DNA from: Desulfobacterales bacterium
Lineage (GTDB): Bacteria; Desulfobacterota; Desulfobacteria; Desulfobacterales; UBA2174
Assembly (NCBI GenBank): GCA_963668645.2
Contig: CAXXWC010000006.1
Span: 1-64,000 of the forward strand
Reading direction: 5' to 3'
DNA length: 64,000 nucleotides
Shown: piece by piece, positions 1 through 10,688 of the stretch
Numbering within the stretch: the first letter of the stretch is position 1
Layout: each line of letters starts with the position of its first letter
The notes under the pieces: generated by a model
Told to the model about the DNA's origin: nothing
What the model saw: only the letters and a program-made list of their open reading frames with translations
The model's database searches: none
Made by a program: the position numbers and the translations under genes

Positions 1-693
1 CCGGTCCAGCCGGCCGGCCCCCTTGAAGCGCAAAAAAAGCGGGCTGTCGTCCGCCTCGGCCGGCCGGACCCGGCTGAGTAGGGCACACTCTTCCTCGACC
101 CAGGCCAGGCGCCCCTTTTCGGCCAACTCTGTGCGCAGCCTTGCGGCCAGCTCAATGAGATAAAGGACGTCCCGGGCCGCATAGGTGAGCATTTCTGCCG
201 GCAGCGGACGCAGGGACCAGTCTTTTTTCTGGAACTGCTTGTCGAGCTGGACCCCGAAATAACGGCGCACCAACGATTCCAGGCTGGTTTCGGCCAGGCC
301 GAGGAAAGCGGCGGCGATCTGGGTATCGAAAAGGTTTTCGATGCTAATGGCGTAATCGCGGTAAAACGAGCGCACATCATAATCGGCGCCGTGAAAAACC
401 TTGCGGATCCGCGGGGACTGGAAGATCGGATGCAAAGGAGCAAGATCCGCCACGGCCAGGGTGTCGATGATGAAACTGCCCGCACCGGCGGCTATCTGCA
501 CCAGGCAGACCTTTTCGCGGAAATGGTACATCGAGTCGGCCTCGAGGTCCACGGCCACAAAGGGCTCGTCGGCCAGGCTCTCGGCAAGCGCGGCCAGATC
601 CGCGGGCTCGACGATCAGGCGCCAGCCGGCTGCGCCGCTTGCCGGGGCAGGCGCTGAAGGGGAAACATGGCCGGGACGCCCCGGCGCCGACAC
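1..693 (-). CDS. rnd: Ribonuclease D (3'-5' DEDDy exonuclease), 3' end outside window
   Basis: Manual minus-strand translation gives VAVDLEADSMYHFREKVCLVQI...KVFHGADYDVRS...LFDTQIAA...KDWSLRPLPAEMLTYAARDV. Not in the ORF track because it runs off the window. Start (GTG at 693) is uncertain. Confidence 0.9.
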   Translation of the reverse strand, partial: MSAPGRPGHVSPSAPAPASGAAGWRLIVEPADLAALAESLADEPFVAVDLEADSMYHFREKVCLVQIAAGAGSFIIDTLAVADLAPLHPIFQSPRIRKVFHGADYDVRSFYRDYAISIENLFDTQIAAAFLGLAETSLESLVRRYFGVQLDKQFQKKDWSLRPLPAEMLTYAARDVLYLIELAARLRTELAEKGRLAWVEEECALLSRVRPAEADDSPLFLRFKGAGRLDR

Positions 694-858
694 GATTTTT
701 GCTTGACCGTCCGTGACGATTCTCCTAAGGGTTAGGGTCTATTTGCTTTCCGGGCCGCCCGGGACTTTCGTGTAAACCAACGGCGGCAAGTGAACCGCCG
801 AAAATGTCCGCGGTTATCAAAACCAACGGCCAAACGCCCATCCGAGCAGGTATTCACA

Positions 859-2778
859 ATGATCAGCATAACACTTCCCAACGGCGACATAAAGCGCTTT
901 GAAAACCCGCCCACAGGCTACGACGTGGCCTTGAGCATCTCCGAGGGGCTGGCACGCAACGCGGTGGCCATGGAGCGCGACGGGCACCTGGTCGATCTGT
1001 ACACCCCCGTTTCAGCCGATAGCCGCATCCGCCTCATTACCACCCGCGACCCCGAGGCCCTGGAGATCATGCGCCATTCGGCGGCCCATGTCATGGCCCA
1101 GGCCATCTTGCGCCTCTATCCCGAAGCCAAGCTGACCATCGGACCGACGGTGGAAGACGGCTTTTACTACGATATCGACATGACGCCCATCAGCGAAGAG
1201 GATTTCGGCCGCATCGAAGACGAGATGCGCCGCATCGTCAACGCCAAGCTGCCCATCCGGCGCCGGGAAGTATCCAAGGCCGAAGCCCTGGAGTTTTACC
1301 GCAACGAACCCTACAAGCTCGAAATGATCACCGATCTGCCCGATGGCACCATCTCCTTTTACGAGCAGGACGGATTCACCGATCTGTGCCGCGGCCCGCA
1401 CATCCCCCACACCGGTTTCGTGCGCGCCTTCAAGCTGATGAAGGTCTCGGGGGCCTACTGGCGTGCCGACCAGACCCGCCAGCAGCTCCAGCGGATCTAC
1501 GGCACGGCTTTTTTCGACAAAAAGGAGCTCAAGGCCCACCTGAACTTCATCGAGGAGGCCAAACGCCGCAACCATCGCAAGATCGGGCTGGCCATGGACC
1601 TGTTCAGCTTCCACGACGAAGCGCCGGGAATGCCTTTTTTCCACGCCAAGGGGATGGCGCTCTGGAACACCCTGCTCGACTACTGGCGCGAGGAGCATCG
1701 GGCCGCGGGCTACGTGGAGACCAAAACCCCCATCATGCTGCGCCGGGTTCTGTGGGAGCGCAGCGGCCACTGGGAAAACTACCGGGAAAACATGTACACG
1801 TCGGTGGTGGACGAGGAAGACTACGCCATCAAACCGATGAACTGCCCCGGCGGCATGCTCCTTTACCGCTCCAGGCCCCACTCGTACAAGGATCTGCCGC
1901 TGCGCCAGGCCGAGATCGGGCTGGTCCACCGCCACGAAATGAGCGGGGTGCTTTCGGGTCTGTTCCGGGTGCGCGCCTTTCACCAGGACGACGCCCATAT
2001 CTTCATGACCCCCGAACAGATCCAAGATGAAATCCTGGGGGTCCTGCAGCTCGTGGAACGGATCTACTCGACCTTTGGCCTCGGTTTTCACCTCGAACTG
2101 TCCACCCGCCCGGAAAAGTCCATCGGCAGCGACGCCCAGTGGGAGCAGGCCACCGGTGGTTTGGAAAACGCCCTCAAGGCCTACGGCCACGATTACAAGG
2201 TCAACCCCGGCGACGGCGCCTTTTACGGCCCCAAGATCGACGTGCATATCCAGGACGCCCTCAAACGCACCTGGCAGTGCGGCACCATCCAGCTGGACAT
2301 GTCGCTGCCCGAGCGCTTCGATCTGGCCTACATCGGCAGCGACAACGAGCGGCACCGGCCCATCATGATCCACCGGGTGATCTACGGCAGCATCGAACGC
2401 TTTTTGGGGATTCTCATCGAGCATTTCGCAGGCCGCTTTCCCCTCTGGCTGGCACCGGTCCAGGCGATCTTGCTGCCGATCAACGACAGTCTGGTCCCCT
2501 TTGCCGAGACGGTCCGCGACCGGCTGGCGGCCGCCGGCATGCGCACCGAGGTCGACAGCCGCACCGAAAGCCTCAACCGCAAGGTGCGCGAAGCCCAACT
2601 GGCCTACGTGCCGCTGATTCTCACCCTGGGCCAGCGGGAACAAAACGACGGCACCGTCTCGGTGCGCACCCTGGACGGCACCGTGCGCCAGGGGATCGAC
2701 CTGGAGACCTTCACCCGGCAAGTGCTTGATCTAATCCGGCGCCGCAGCACCGATCCAGATCTTTTCAAGGCCGCCTGA
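859..2778 (+). CDS. thrS: Threonyl-tRNA synthetase
   Basis: TGS domain (MISITLPNG), HSAAHVMAQA, DLCRGPH, KPMNCPG, GAFYGPKID, WQCGTIQLD, IHRVIYGSIERF. Confidence 0.98.
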   Translation: MISITLPNGDIKRFENPPTGYDVALSISEGLARNAVAMERDGHLVDLYTPVSADSRIRLITTRDPEALEIMRHSAAHVMAQAILRLYPEAKLTIGPTVEDGFYYDIDMTPISEEDFGRIEDEMRRIVNAKLPIRRREVSKAEALEFYRNEPYKLEMITDLPDGTISFYEQDGFTDLCRGPHIPHTGFVRAFKLMKVSGAYWRADQTRQQLQRIYGTAFFDKKELKAHLNFIEEAKRRNHRKIGLAMDLFSFHDEAPGMPFFHAKGMALWNTLLDYWREEHRAAGYVETKTPIMLRRVLWERSGHWENYRENMYTSVVDEEDYAIKPMNCPGGMLLYRSRPHSYKDLPLRQAEIGLVHRHEMSGVLSGLFRVRAFHQDDAHIFMTPEQIQDEILGVLQLVERIYSTFGLGFHLELSTRPEKSIGSDAQWEQATGGLENALKAYGHDYKVNPGDGAFYGPKIDVHIQDALKRTWQCGTIQLDMSLPERFDLAYIGSDNERHRPIMIHRVIYGSIERFLGILIEHFAGRFPLWLAPVQAILLPINDSLVPFAETVRDRLAAAGMRTEVDSRTESLNRKVREAQLAYVPLILTLGQREQNDGTVSVRTLDGTVRQGIDLETFTRQVLDLIRRRSTDPDLFKAA

Positions 2779-2785
2779 CCCGGTC

Positions 2786-3154
2786 ATGAGCCGGCCATAC
2801 GTCTTTCAGCGCTGGGCCGCGGTGGGCCTTTATCTGGCCGCCATCTTCTTTTTGAGTTCCCTGTCCTCGGTTGCAGGGACGCCTTCCTTGCCCGGATCGG
2901 ACAAATTGCTGCATGCCCTGGCCTACGGCCTGCTGGCGGTACTCTGGTGCCGGGCCCTGGCCGCCTGGCCCCTGCAGGGCCGGCCGTCGGCGGCCATCGC
3001 CGCGGCGGCCGTCATTCTGGCATCGCTTTACGGGATCAGCGACGAAATCCACCAGGCCTTTGTGCCGGCGCGCACCGCCGCTCTCTGGGACTGGATCGCC
3101 GACATGATCGGTTCCGGCTGCGGGGCTGGCGCCTGGGCGTTGATGCAGAATTGA
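2786..3154 (+). CDS. VanZ-like membrane protein
   Basis: DKLLHALAYGLL, YGISDEIHQAFVPAR and DWIADMIG motifs with hydrophobic helices. Confidence 0.85.
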   Translation: MSRPYVFQRWAAVGLYLAAIFFLSSLSSVAGTPSLPGSDKLLHALAYGLLAVLWCRALAAWPLQGRPSAAIAAAAVILASLYGISDEIHQAFVPARTAALWDWIADMIGSGCGAGAWALMQN

Positions 3155-3249
3155 CAAACCCTGTGGCATTCTATAAGAGTTTGGCATTCTCGATCGCACA
3201 CCCCCCCCCAAGCACCAAACAACCGAAACGGTTTGAAGGAGATTTGTCG

Positions 3250-6021
3250 ATGGGCGAAGCTCAGCAAAATACGATTACCGTCAATGGCAACCAACTGACC
3301 TTCGAGACAGGCGAAACCATCCTGGAGGTCGCCCGGCGCAACAGCATCGACATCCCCACCCTCTGCCACCTCAAAGGGACCACCCCCACCGGGGCCTGCA
3401 GGATCTGCGTCGTCGAAGTGGAGGGGGCCGAGGCACTGATGGCCTCCTGCGCCACCCCGGCGGCACCCGGCATGACGGTGCGCACCGAGTCGCCCAAGGT
3501 GGTGGCGGCCCGGCGCCAGATCCTCGAGCTGATGCTCGCCTCGGGCAACCACAACTGCACCATCCGCGACGCCGACGACCGGGATTGGAGCACTTTTCAA
3601 CTGCGGGTCCAAAGCGAAGACCAAGCTGCGGAACTCTGCCCGGTCTGGGGCGACTGCCGGCTCCAGGATCTGGCCTTCCGCTACCAGGTAACCGCCAGGG
3701 ACCTGCCCGCGGCGCAAACCGTCTATCCCATGGAGACGGTCAATCCGTTCATCGTGCGCGACTTTTCACGCTGCATCCACTGCGGCCGCTGCGTCCAGGC
3801 GTGCAACGAGGTCCAGGTCAACAACGCCATCCGTTTCGGCTATCAGGGGGCCAGGAGCAAGATCGTGGCCGCCGAAGACCGGCCCTTGAAAGACAGCGAC
3901 TGCGTCTTTTGCGGCGAATGCGTCCAGGCCTGCCCGGTGGGCGCCCTGGTGGAAAAGGAGACGCGCTACCAGGTGCGGCCCTGGCAGACCACCCGGGTGC
4001 GCACCACATGCAGCTACTGCGGGGTGGGCTGCCAGCTCGACCTGCACGTGGCCGAAGGCCGGGTGGTCAAGGTCACCGGGGCCGACGTGGCCCCCAACCA
4101 CGGCAGCCTCTGCGTCAAGGGGCGCTTCGGCTTCAATTTCATCCAGGCCCCCGAACGCCTAAAGACGCCCCTGGTGCGCGACAACGACCAGCTGCGCGAG
4201 GCCACCTGGGACGAGGCCCTGGAGCGGGTATCCCGGCGCCTGGGAGAAATCCGCGACCGGCACGGTGCCGACAGCATCGGGGTGCTTTCCTCGGCGCGCA
4301 TCACCAACGAAGAGAACTACCTGCTGAACAAGTTCACCCGGGCGGTGCTCAAGACGAATAATATCGATCACTGCGCCCGTCTCTGACACAGCTCCACGGT
4401 GGCCGGTCTGGCCGCCACTTTCGGCAGCGGCGCGATGACCAACTCCATCGCCTGCATCGAAAAGGCCGATGTGATTCTGATCACCGGTTCCAACACCACC
4501 GAGAACCACCCGGTAATCTCGACCTTCGTCAAGCGGGCCGTGACCCGCCGAGGGGCTAAACTGATCGTGGTCGATCCGCGGCGCACCAAGATCGCCGGTT
4601 TCGCAGACAGCTACCTGCGCCAGAACCTGGGCACGGATGTGGCCTGGATCAACGGGATGATGCACGTCATCATCAAGGAAGGCCTCTACGACCGCGATTT
4701 CGTCACCACGCGCACTGTAGGCTTCGAGGAACTCCAACGCCTGGTGGAAAAATACACCCCGGAATTCGTCGAAAGCATCACCGGAATCCCGGCCGAACAG
4801 CTGACGGCCGCCGCCCGCCTCTACGCCTCGGGGCGCCCGGCCAGCATCCTCTACTGCATGGGCATCACCCAGCACACCACCGGCACGGACAACGTCAAGA
4901 GCCTGGCGGCCCTGGCCATGCTTTGCGGCAACATGGGTGTCGAGGGCGGCGGGGTCAACCCCTTGCGCGGCCAGAACAACGTCCAGGGGGCCTGCGACTT
5001 CGGCGGCCTTCCCGATGTGTTCAGCGGGTACCAGAAAGTCATCGACCCGGCGGCCCGGGAAAAAATGGAAAAGGCCTGGAACGTTACCGGTCTGCCGGAC
5101 AAACCCGGACTCAAGGTCACCCAGATGATCCCCGAGGCCGGCGAGGGCCGGCTCAAGGCGCTGTACATCGTCGGTGAAAACCCGCTGGTTTCCGACGCCG
5201 ATCTCAACCATGTCGAGCACTGCTTCAAGCACCTGGATTTTCTCGTCGTCCAGGACATCTTTCTCACCGAGACGGCCCGGCTGGCCGACGTGGTCCTCCC
5301 CTCGGCCTGCTTTGCCGAAAAGGACGGCACCTTTTCCAACACCGAAAGGCGCGTTCAGAGGGTGCGCAAGGCGGTGGACCCGCCGGGAGAGGCCCGCGAC
5401 GACTGGTGGATCGTCTGCCAAATCGCCGCCCGCATGGGCTACCCCATGAACTACCCCAACCCGGAGGCCATTTTCGACGAACTGGCGCAGGTAACGCCGT
5501 CCTACGGCGGGCTCTGCTACGCACGCCTGGAAAAAGAGGGGATCCCCTGGCCCTGCCCGACCGCTGAACATCCGGGCACCCCGGTGTTGCACAAAGAGAA
5601 GTTCACCCACGGCAAGGGGATCTTTTTCGCCATCGAATACGTACCTCCGGCAGAGATGGCCGACGCCGAATACCCCATCTACCTGACCACCGGGCGGGTC
5701 CTCTACCAGTATCACACCGGCACCATGACCATGAAAACCGACGGGCTCAACGAACGGGCCCCGGAGTGCTTCGTGGAACTGGCCCCGGCCGATGCCGAGG
5801 CCCACGGCCTGGCTCACGGCGACCGCGCCAGGATCAGTTCGCGGCGCGGCAGCATCGAGGTGGTGGTGCAGATCTCGGACAAGGCCACTGCGGGTACGGT
5901 CTTTTTGCCCTTCCACTACGCCCAGGCCGCGGCCAACCGGCTGACCAACGCCGAACTCGACCCGATCTCGGGCATCCCCGAGTTCAAGGTCTGTGCCGTA
6001 AAGCTTTCCAAGGCGGCCTGA
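3250..6021 (+). CDS. fdhF: Selenocysteine-containing formate dehydrogenase alpha subunit (Mo/W-bisPGD; N-terminal 2Fe-2S and 4Fe-4S domains)
   Basis: ORFs 2947-4386 and 4399-6021 are in the same frame, joined by TGA at 4384-4386 in DHCARL-U-HSSTVAGL. Also CSYCGVGC, PLRGQNNVQGACD. No Tat signal. Confidence 0.95.
4398..4416 (+). promoter_or_regulatory. Bacterial SECIS hairpin of fdhF
   Basis: GGTGGCC-GGTCT-GGCCGCC stem-loop starting 11 nt after the TGA; apical GGUCU as in the E. coli fdhF SECIS. Confidence 0.85.
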
Positions 6022-6046
6022 AGCAGCCCGGCGCACCAAAAAATCG

Positions 6047-6094
6047 AACCGCCCGCCGCAGTCCCCATGGGGCTTCGGCGGGCGGTTTTTCTTT
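6047..6094. terminator. Intrinsic terminator between convergent genes
   Basis: AACCGCCCGCCG...CGGCGGGCGGTT stem followed by TTTCTTT. Confidence 0.8.
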
Positions 6095-6132
6095 CAGCGG
6101 ACCGATACCTTGTTGTCCACAGGATGACTGGA

Positions 6133-7512
6133 TCAGGATTTTTGCGCACCGTTGAGTTTGGCGGCGGCGTTTTCCGCGGCCAGCATCACCTGGTAGACCA
6201 GGGGTGAGGCGGTCAGCAGGGGGTGGGTGGCGTACTGCATGGTGGCCAGGGTCTCGGCCGTAAGCTTCCCCTGGATGGCAGCGGCCAGAATGTTGACCAT
6301 GTCGGCGGTGGACTCCCCGCCGCGCACGTGCCCGCCGATGATGCAGCCGGTCTCTTGATGGAAGAGGAGCTTGGCCTTCATGTCGCCCACGCATCCGGGC
6401 AGGCCCCCCGGGTGGCGGTTGGGAGCGGCCGCCTCTCCGGCCACGAAGGGGATGGCCAGGGCTTCGGCGGCCCGGCTGCTCAGTCCCGCCGCGCCGATGC
6501 AGCAGTTGCCCACGGCGGTGCCGAAGGCCCCCACGGCCCCCATGGTCTTGCGCACCGGGGCCCAGAGGTTGCTCGCTGCGATCATCCCTTCGCTGCAGGC
6601 CACCGAGGCGAGGCGGATCGGTGCCGGATCGCCGGTGAAAAAGGAAAACTTGGCGGCGCAGTCGCCGGCGGCGAAGATGTCCGGATCTTCAGTGCCCATA
6701 TGAACATCGACGGCGATCCCGTCTTTTACATCGGCGGGCAGGCCGATCTGCTGGGCCAGCTCGATGTTGGGCACAACACCGATGCCGACCACCACGGCAT
6801 CGGCCGGGATCGTTTGACCGCCGGCCAGACGCACGCCGGTCACCTTTCCGTTGCCCTCGATGGCCTCGACCCTGGCGCCGGTGACCACCTCGACCCTCAA
6901 CCGGCGCAGTTCGTTTTCCGCGTCGGCGCAAAATTCCTGCTCACAGGCGAGCATCAGGCAGTTGGGCAACATCTCGATCAGGGTGACCCGGGTGTCATCG
7001 GCCCCGCCGTTGTCCGCCGCCATGCGTGCGATCTGCTCGGCCATCTCCACTCCGATGAATCCTCCGCCGATCACCACCACCCGGCGCGAGCGTTTCAAGG
7101 TCGCGAGGATCGTCTCGAGATATTCCGGCTCCTTCCTGATGCCGAAAACGTTGCCGGTCTCGATGCCCGGAACCGGCGGCATGGCCGGCCGCGAACCGGT
7201 GGCCAGGATCAGCTTGTCATAGGCGATGCGGGTCCCGTCGGCCAGTTCGGCGGTCTTTTGCCCGCGGTCGATGGCCTCCACCCCCGTGGTGTTCAGGCGG
7301 ATCCCCTGCTTGAGAAAGTTCTCGTCCGGGATGATGTTCTTATCGACCTGCTTGAGGATTCCGTAGATGTAGGGGATCCCGCAGGGTACCGGGGTCTTGC
7401 TCGCCTTGCGTATGATGGTGATCGTTTTTTGCGGGTGGCGCCGTTTGACGGTCATGCCCGCCATGAGGCCGGCAGCCGACCCGCCGACAATCAATACGTC
7501 CGTTTTTTCCAT
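6133..7512 (-). CDS. FAD-dependent pyridine nucleotide-disulfide oxidoreductase (NADH oxidase-like)
   Basis: IVGGSAAG, PCGIPY redox Cys, VIGGGFIGVE, IFAAGDC, YATHPLLT; AAGGAG RBS before the ATG at 7512. Confidence 0.9.
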   Translation of the reverse strand: MEKTDVLIVGGSAAGLMAGMTVKRRHPQKTITIIRKASKTPVPCGIPYIYGILKQVDKNIIPDENFLKQGIRLNTTGVEAIDRGQKTAELADGTRIAYDKLILATGSRPAMPPVPGIETGNVFGIRKEPEYLETILATLKRSRRVVVIGGGFIGVEMAEQIARMAADNGGADDTRVTLIEMLPNCLMLACEQEFCADAENELRRLRVEVVTGARVEAIEGNGKVTGVRLAGGQTIPADAVVVGIGVVPNIELAQQIGLPADVKDGIAVDVHMGTEDPDIFAAGDCAAKFSFFTGDPAPIRLASVACSEGMIAASNLWAPVRKTMGAVGAFGTAVGNCCIGAAGLSSRAAEALAIPFVAGEAAAPNRHPGGLPGCVGDMKAKLLFHQETGCIIGGHVRGGESTADMVNILAAAIQGKLTAETLATMQYATHPLLTASPLVYQVMLAAENAAAKLNGAQKS

Positions 7513-7617
7513 GTCCATGCTCCTTGAATTCGCAGACCGGTTGCCCATCGGCCTAAACCGGTTCGGTTAGGTTCCGGGCCGGGAAGGCCCGGCCCCGGGA
7601 GATCATGCCCTGCAAGG

Positions 7618-7633
7618 AGCAATATCGGTGCCA
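7618..7633 (-). promoter_or_regulatory. Sigma-54 -24/-12 promoter for the oxidoreductase
   Basis: Minus strand TGGCAC-CGATA-TTGCT; divergent enhancer-binding protein gene is adjacent. Confidence 0.85.
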
Positions 7634-7776
7634 CGGCCGCGATCTTTGCAGCCGGCGGCCACCGGGCACTTTTAGATTCTATTAAAATAGGGAGTTGCCT
7701 GCCGCCGGGGCTTTCACCGTCGTGTTAAACGTGTTAAAGGCATCTTAACGTTCGTTAAATTTTAGCGGTGAAAACT

Positions 7777-9147
7777 ATGCAGGAAGAAGATCTCGACTTT
7801 CACTGGAAGACCGTCGTCGACACCATCCGTGACGGGGTGATGATCGTGGACCGCCGCGGCCGGATCGTTTCGGTCAACCGCGCCTTCGAGACGATCACCG
7901 GCTACAGCCGTGCCGAGGCCATCGGTCAGACCTGCCATCTGCTGCGCTGCGACATCTGCGAAGCGGTGCGCAATCCCCGGGACCCGGCCTGGTGCAACCT
8001 CTTTCGCACCGGACGCGTCGCTGCCAACCGCTGCACCCTGACGCGCAAGGACGGGCGCCCGGTGCACGTGCTCAAGAACGCCGCCCTTTTCCTCGGACCG
8101 ACCCGCAAGGTCATCGGGGCGGTGGAGACCCTCACCGATGTCACCGAGCTGGTGCACCGGGAACACCAGATCGAGACCTTTCGCCAGGAGCTTGAGCAGG
8201 AGGACGGATTCAGCGGCATCGTCGGCGCCTCGCCGGCCATCTGCCGGGTCTTCGAGCTGGTGCGCAACGCCGCGCTTTCCGATGCGCCGGTGATCATCCT
8301 GGGCGAAAGCGGCACCGGCAAGGAGCTGGTGGCCCAGGGAATCCACGATGCCGGCCCCCGCCGCGACAAGCCCCTTGTCAAGGTCAACTGCGCCGCCTTA
8401 AACGAGTCACTGCTCGAAAGCGAGCTCTTCGGCCATGTCAAGGGGGCCTTTACCGGAGCCTTCCGCGATCGGCCGGGACGCTTCGAGGCGGCCGACGGGG
8501 GGGAAATCTTCCTGGACGAAATCGGCGACTTGCCCCTGCAGACCCAGGTCAAACTGCTGCGGGTGCTCGAGGAAAAGGTGGTGGAACGGGTGGGCGACCA
8601 GCGGCCGATTCCCATCGACGTGCGCATCATCTCGGCCACCAACAAGGATCTCGGCGCCCTGGTGGCCGCCGGCACCTTGCGCAAGGACTTGTTTTACCGC
8701 ATCAACGTGATCCCCATCTCCATCCCGCCGCTGCGCGAACGCACCGATGACATCCCCCTGCTGGCCGAGGTCTATATGCGGCGGATCGGGTGCAAAATCG
8801 GCAAGTCGATTCCCGCCATCAGCCCGGATGCCATGGCTCTGCTGACCCGCTACCCGTGGCCGGGCAACGTACGCGAGTTGAAAAGCGCCTTCGAGTACGC
8901 CTTCGTCACCTGTCCCGGGGAAAGGCTGGAGTGCTACCACTTCCCCCCGAACATCGTCGGCCAAAAGCCATCCGACCACCCGGACGCACGCCCCGGCGCA
9001 AGCCGTGACGAAGCCCAGCGCCAACAGCTCATCACCGCCTTGCAGCAAACCGGGGGCAACCGGACCGAGGCGGCCCGGCTCCTCGGAGTGACCCGTGTGA
9101 CGGTCTGGAACCGCATGAAGCGGTTCGGCATCCGCCTGACGCCCTGA
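7777..9147 (+). CDS. PAS-domain sigma-54-dependent activator (Fis HTH)
   Basis: PAS, GESGTGKE, ESELFGHVKGAFTGA, WPGNVREL, C-terminal HTH. Start could be GTG 7768. Confidence 0.93.
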   Translation: MQEEDLDFHWKTVVDTIRDGVMIVDRRGRIVSVNRAFETITGYSRAEAIGQTCHLLRCDICEAVRNPRDPAWCNLFRTGRVAANRCTLTRKDGRPVHVLKNAALFLGPTRKVIGAVETLTDVTELVHREHQIETFRQELEQEDGFSGIVGASPAICRVFELVRNAALSDAPVIILGESGTGKELVAQGIHDAGPRRDKPLVKVNCAALNESLLESELFGHVKGAFTGAFRDRPGRFEAADGGEIFLDEIGDLPLQTQVKLLRVLEEKVVERVGDQRPIPIDVRIISATNKDLGALVAAGTLRKDLFYRINVIPISIPPLRERTDDIPLLAEVYMRRIGCKIGKSIPAISPDAMALLTRYPWPGNVRELKSAFEYAFVTCPGERLECYHFPPNIVGQKPSDHPDARPGASRDEAQRQQLITALQQTGGNRTEAARLLGVTRVTVWNRMKRFGIRLTP

Positions 9148-9152
9148 AAAAC

Positions 9153-9197
9153 AAAAAGGCCCGGTGCGGATCCGCAGATCCGGCACCGGGCCTTTTT
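9153..9197. terminator. Bidirectional intrinsic terminator
   Basis: AAAAAGGCCCGGTGC...GCACCGGGCCTTTTT. Confidence 0.85.
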
Positions 9198-9228
9198 ATC
9201 AAGAAAAGGCGATAAAAAAGCGTGACCC

Positions 9229-10548
9229 TTACATGGCCGTCTCCGGATGAAAAACGTTGACCTCCTTGAGGTCGTCACGCAGGTACTCACGCTCGTTGGG
9301 TCCGAGAATCCCCAGCGACAGGGAGATCAGGGTCCACAGATGCACCACCCCGTAATGGCCCTCGTAATGCTCGCTCAGTTCGTGGATCTGGGCGTGGCAG
9401 TTGTGGCACGCGGCGATGCAGTAGTCCGCCCCGGTGGCCTTGATCTGGTCGTCCTTGAGCTGGCCGTAGGCCAGGCGCTGTTCCTTGAACCCGGACTGGA
9501 GGAACCCTCCACCGCCGCCGCAGCAGAAGTTGTTGGAACGGTTGGGGTGCATGTCGATAAAGTTTTCCTCACCGACCACCGACTTGACCACGAAACGCAG
9601 ATCTTCGGCAATGGCATCCCCGTAGGATTTACGCACGATCTGGCACGGATCCTGGACCGTAAACTTGATCTTGAGGTCCTTGTTCCAGTCGCTGTTGACC
9701 TTGAGGCGGCCTTCGCGGATCCACTTGGCGTAGTATTCGTAAATGTTTTTGACGACGAAGTTGTGGGGAATGTTGAACTTTTTCAGTCCTGCCAGGACTG
9801 AGAAGGTCACGTGCCCTCATTCGGTGTTGAGAAACACCTTGCATCCCAACTCGTCGGCCTGCCTGGCCGATGTGGTGGTGATGTGCTTCCAGGCGTCGTC
9901 GTCGGCCAGAAACATGCAGTAGTTCTCGCCGCCCCACCCCTTGGAGCCGTAGGTCCAGTCGGCCCCCACAAGATGCAGGATCTTCCACAACGGCACCAGC
10001 TCGTCCGGCTCGGTCACCGGCTCGCGTGAGTTCTGGTTGAGGAAGAATTCGGCCCCCTGTTTGTCGATGGGCGCCTCCATCTCGGCAAACTCCGGCTGGG
10101 AGGCGCGATATTCCTCCAGCACGTCCTCGACCACGAACACGAAATCGTCGGGGCTGGTGCCCATGGCCGAGCAGCTCTCGTTGCGCAGGGCCATGTCGCA
10201 GGAACCGAGGATCCCCTTGGGCCGGTTTTCCCGCGGCCAGGAGGCACGCGCGTTGTACACCAACTGGGGAATATCGATCTTCATGGGGCAGACGTAAACG
10301 CAGCGCATGCACATGCTGCACATCCAGACCCACGGTGTGGTGGTGATCTCCTCATCCATGCCCAGGGCCGCCATGCGCAGAAACTTGCGCGGATCCATCC
10401 CCTCCAGGCCGGTGGCCGGGCAACCCGAAGCGCACGCTCCACAGGTCAGACAAAGGTTCAGGTTCCCGCCATCCGGCAGCAACTCCTTGACCTTGTCCAT
10501 GAAGGTACTCTTCTTTTTCCCTCCGAGTTTGATCATTTCTTCAGCCAT
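9229..10548 (-). CDS. Selenocysteine-containing HdrC/HdrD-like (CCG-domain) Fe-S oxidoreductase
   Basis: ORFs 9817-10554 and 9229-9810 are in frame across TGA 9817-9819 (NTE-U-GH, equivalent to ECGH). Two CxxCxxCxxxCP motifs, QDPC...CCGGGGG...ACHNC. GGAGG RBS before ATG 10548. Confidence 0.85.
9783..9801 (-). promoter_or_regulatory. SECIS-like hairpin of the HdrD-like gene
   Basis: mRNA UCAGUCCU-GGC-AGGACUGA, a perfect 8-bp stem with G in the loop, 15 nt after the UGA. Confidence 0.75.
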
Positions 10549-10688
10549 AAGCAAAACCCTCCGTCTGGATACCGGCCGCCGGCCTGCATGACGCCTGGCA
10601 GGCTTGCGGCCGGGTGCGGTGGTACCGCATTTCGAATCGGGCGCCGCGCACCAGCGCGGCGCCGCTTTAACGCCACTTTAAAGCCGTG

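Noticed and set aside
694..730. Non-canonical start for rnd after AGGAGA (minus strand)
   Set aside because: The frame is open, but the N-terminus is low-complexity and cannot be resolved without homologs; GTG 693 was kept as a provisional start
1012..2721. Long antisense ORFs (for example 1012-2721, 4159-6039, 10686-12386, 49283-51469, 56114-58762)
   Set aside because: These are shadows of real genes, expected from GC-rich codon bias, and they carry no recognisable motifs
3181..3200. Sigma-54-like site upstream of fdhF (TGGCATTCTCGATCGC)
   Set aside because: GG-to-GC spacing is 11 rather than the required 10
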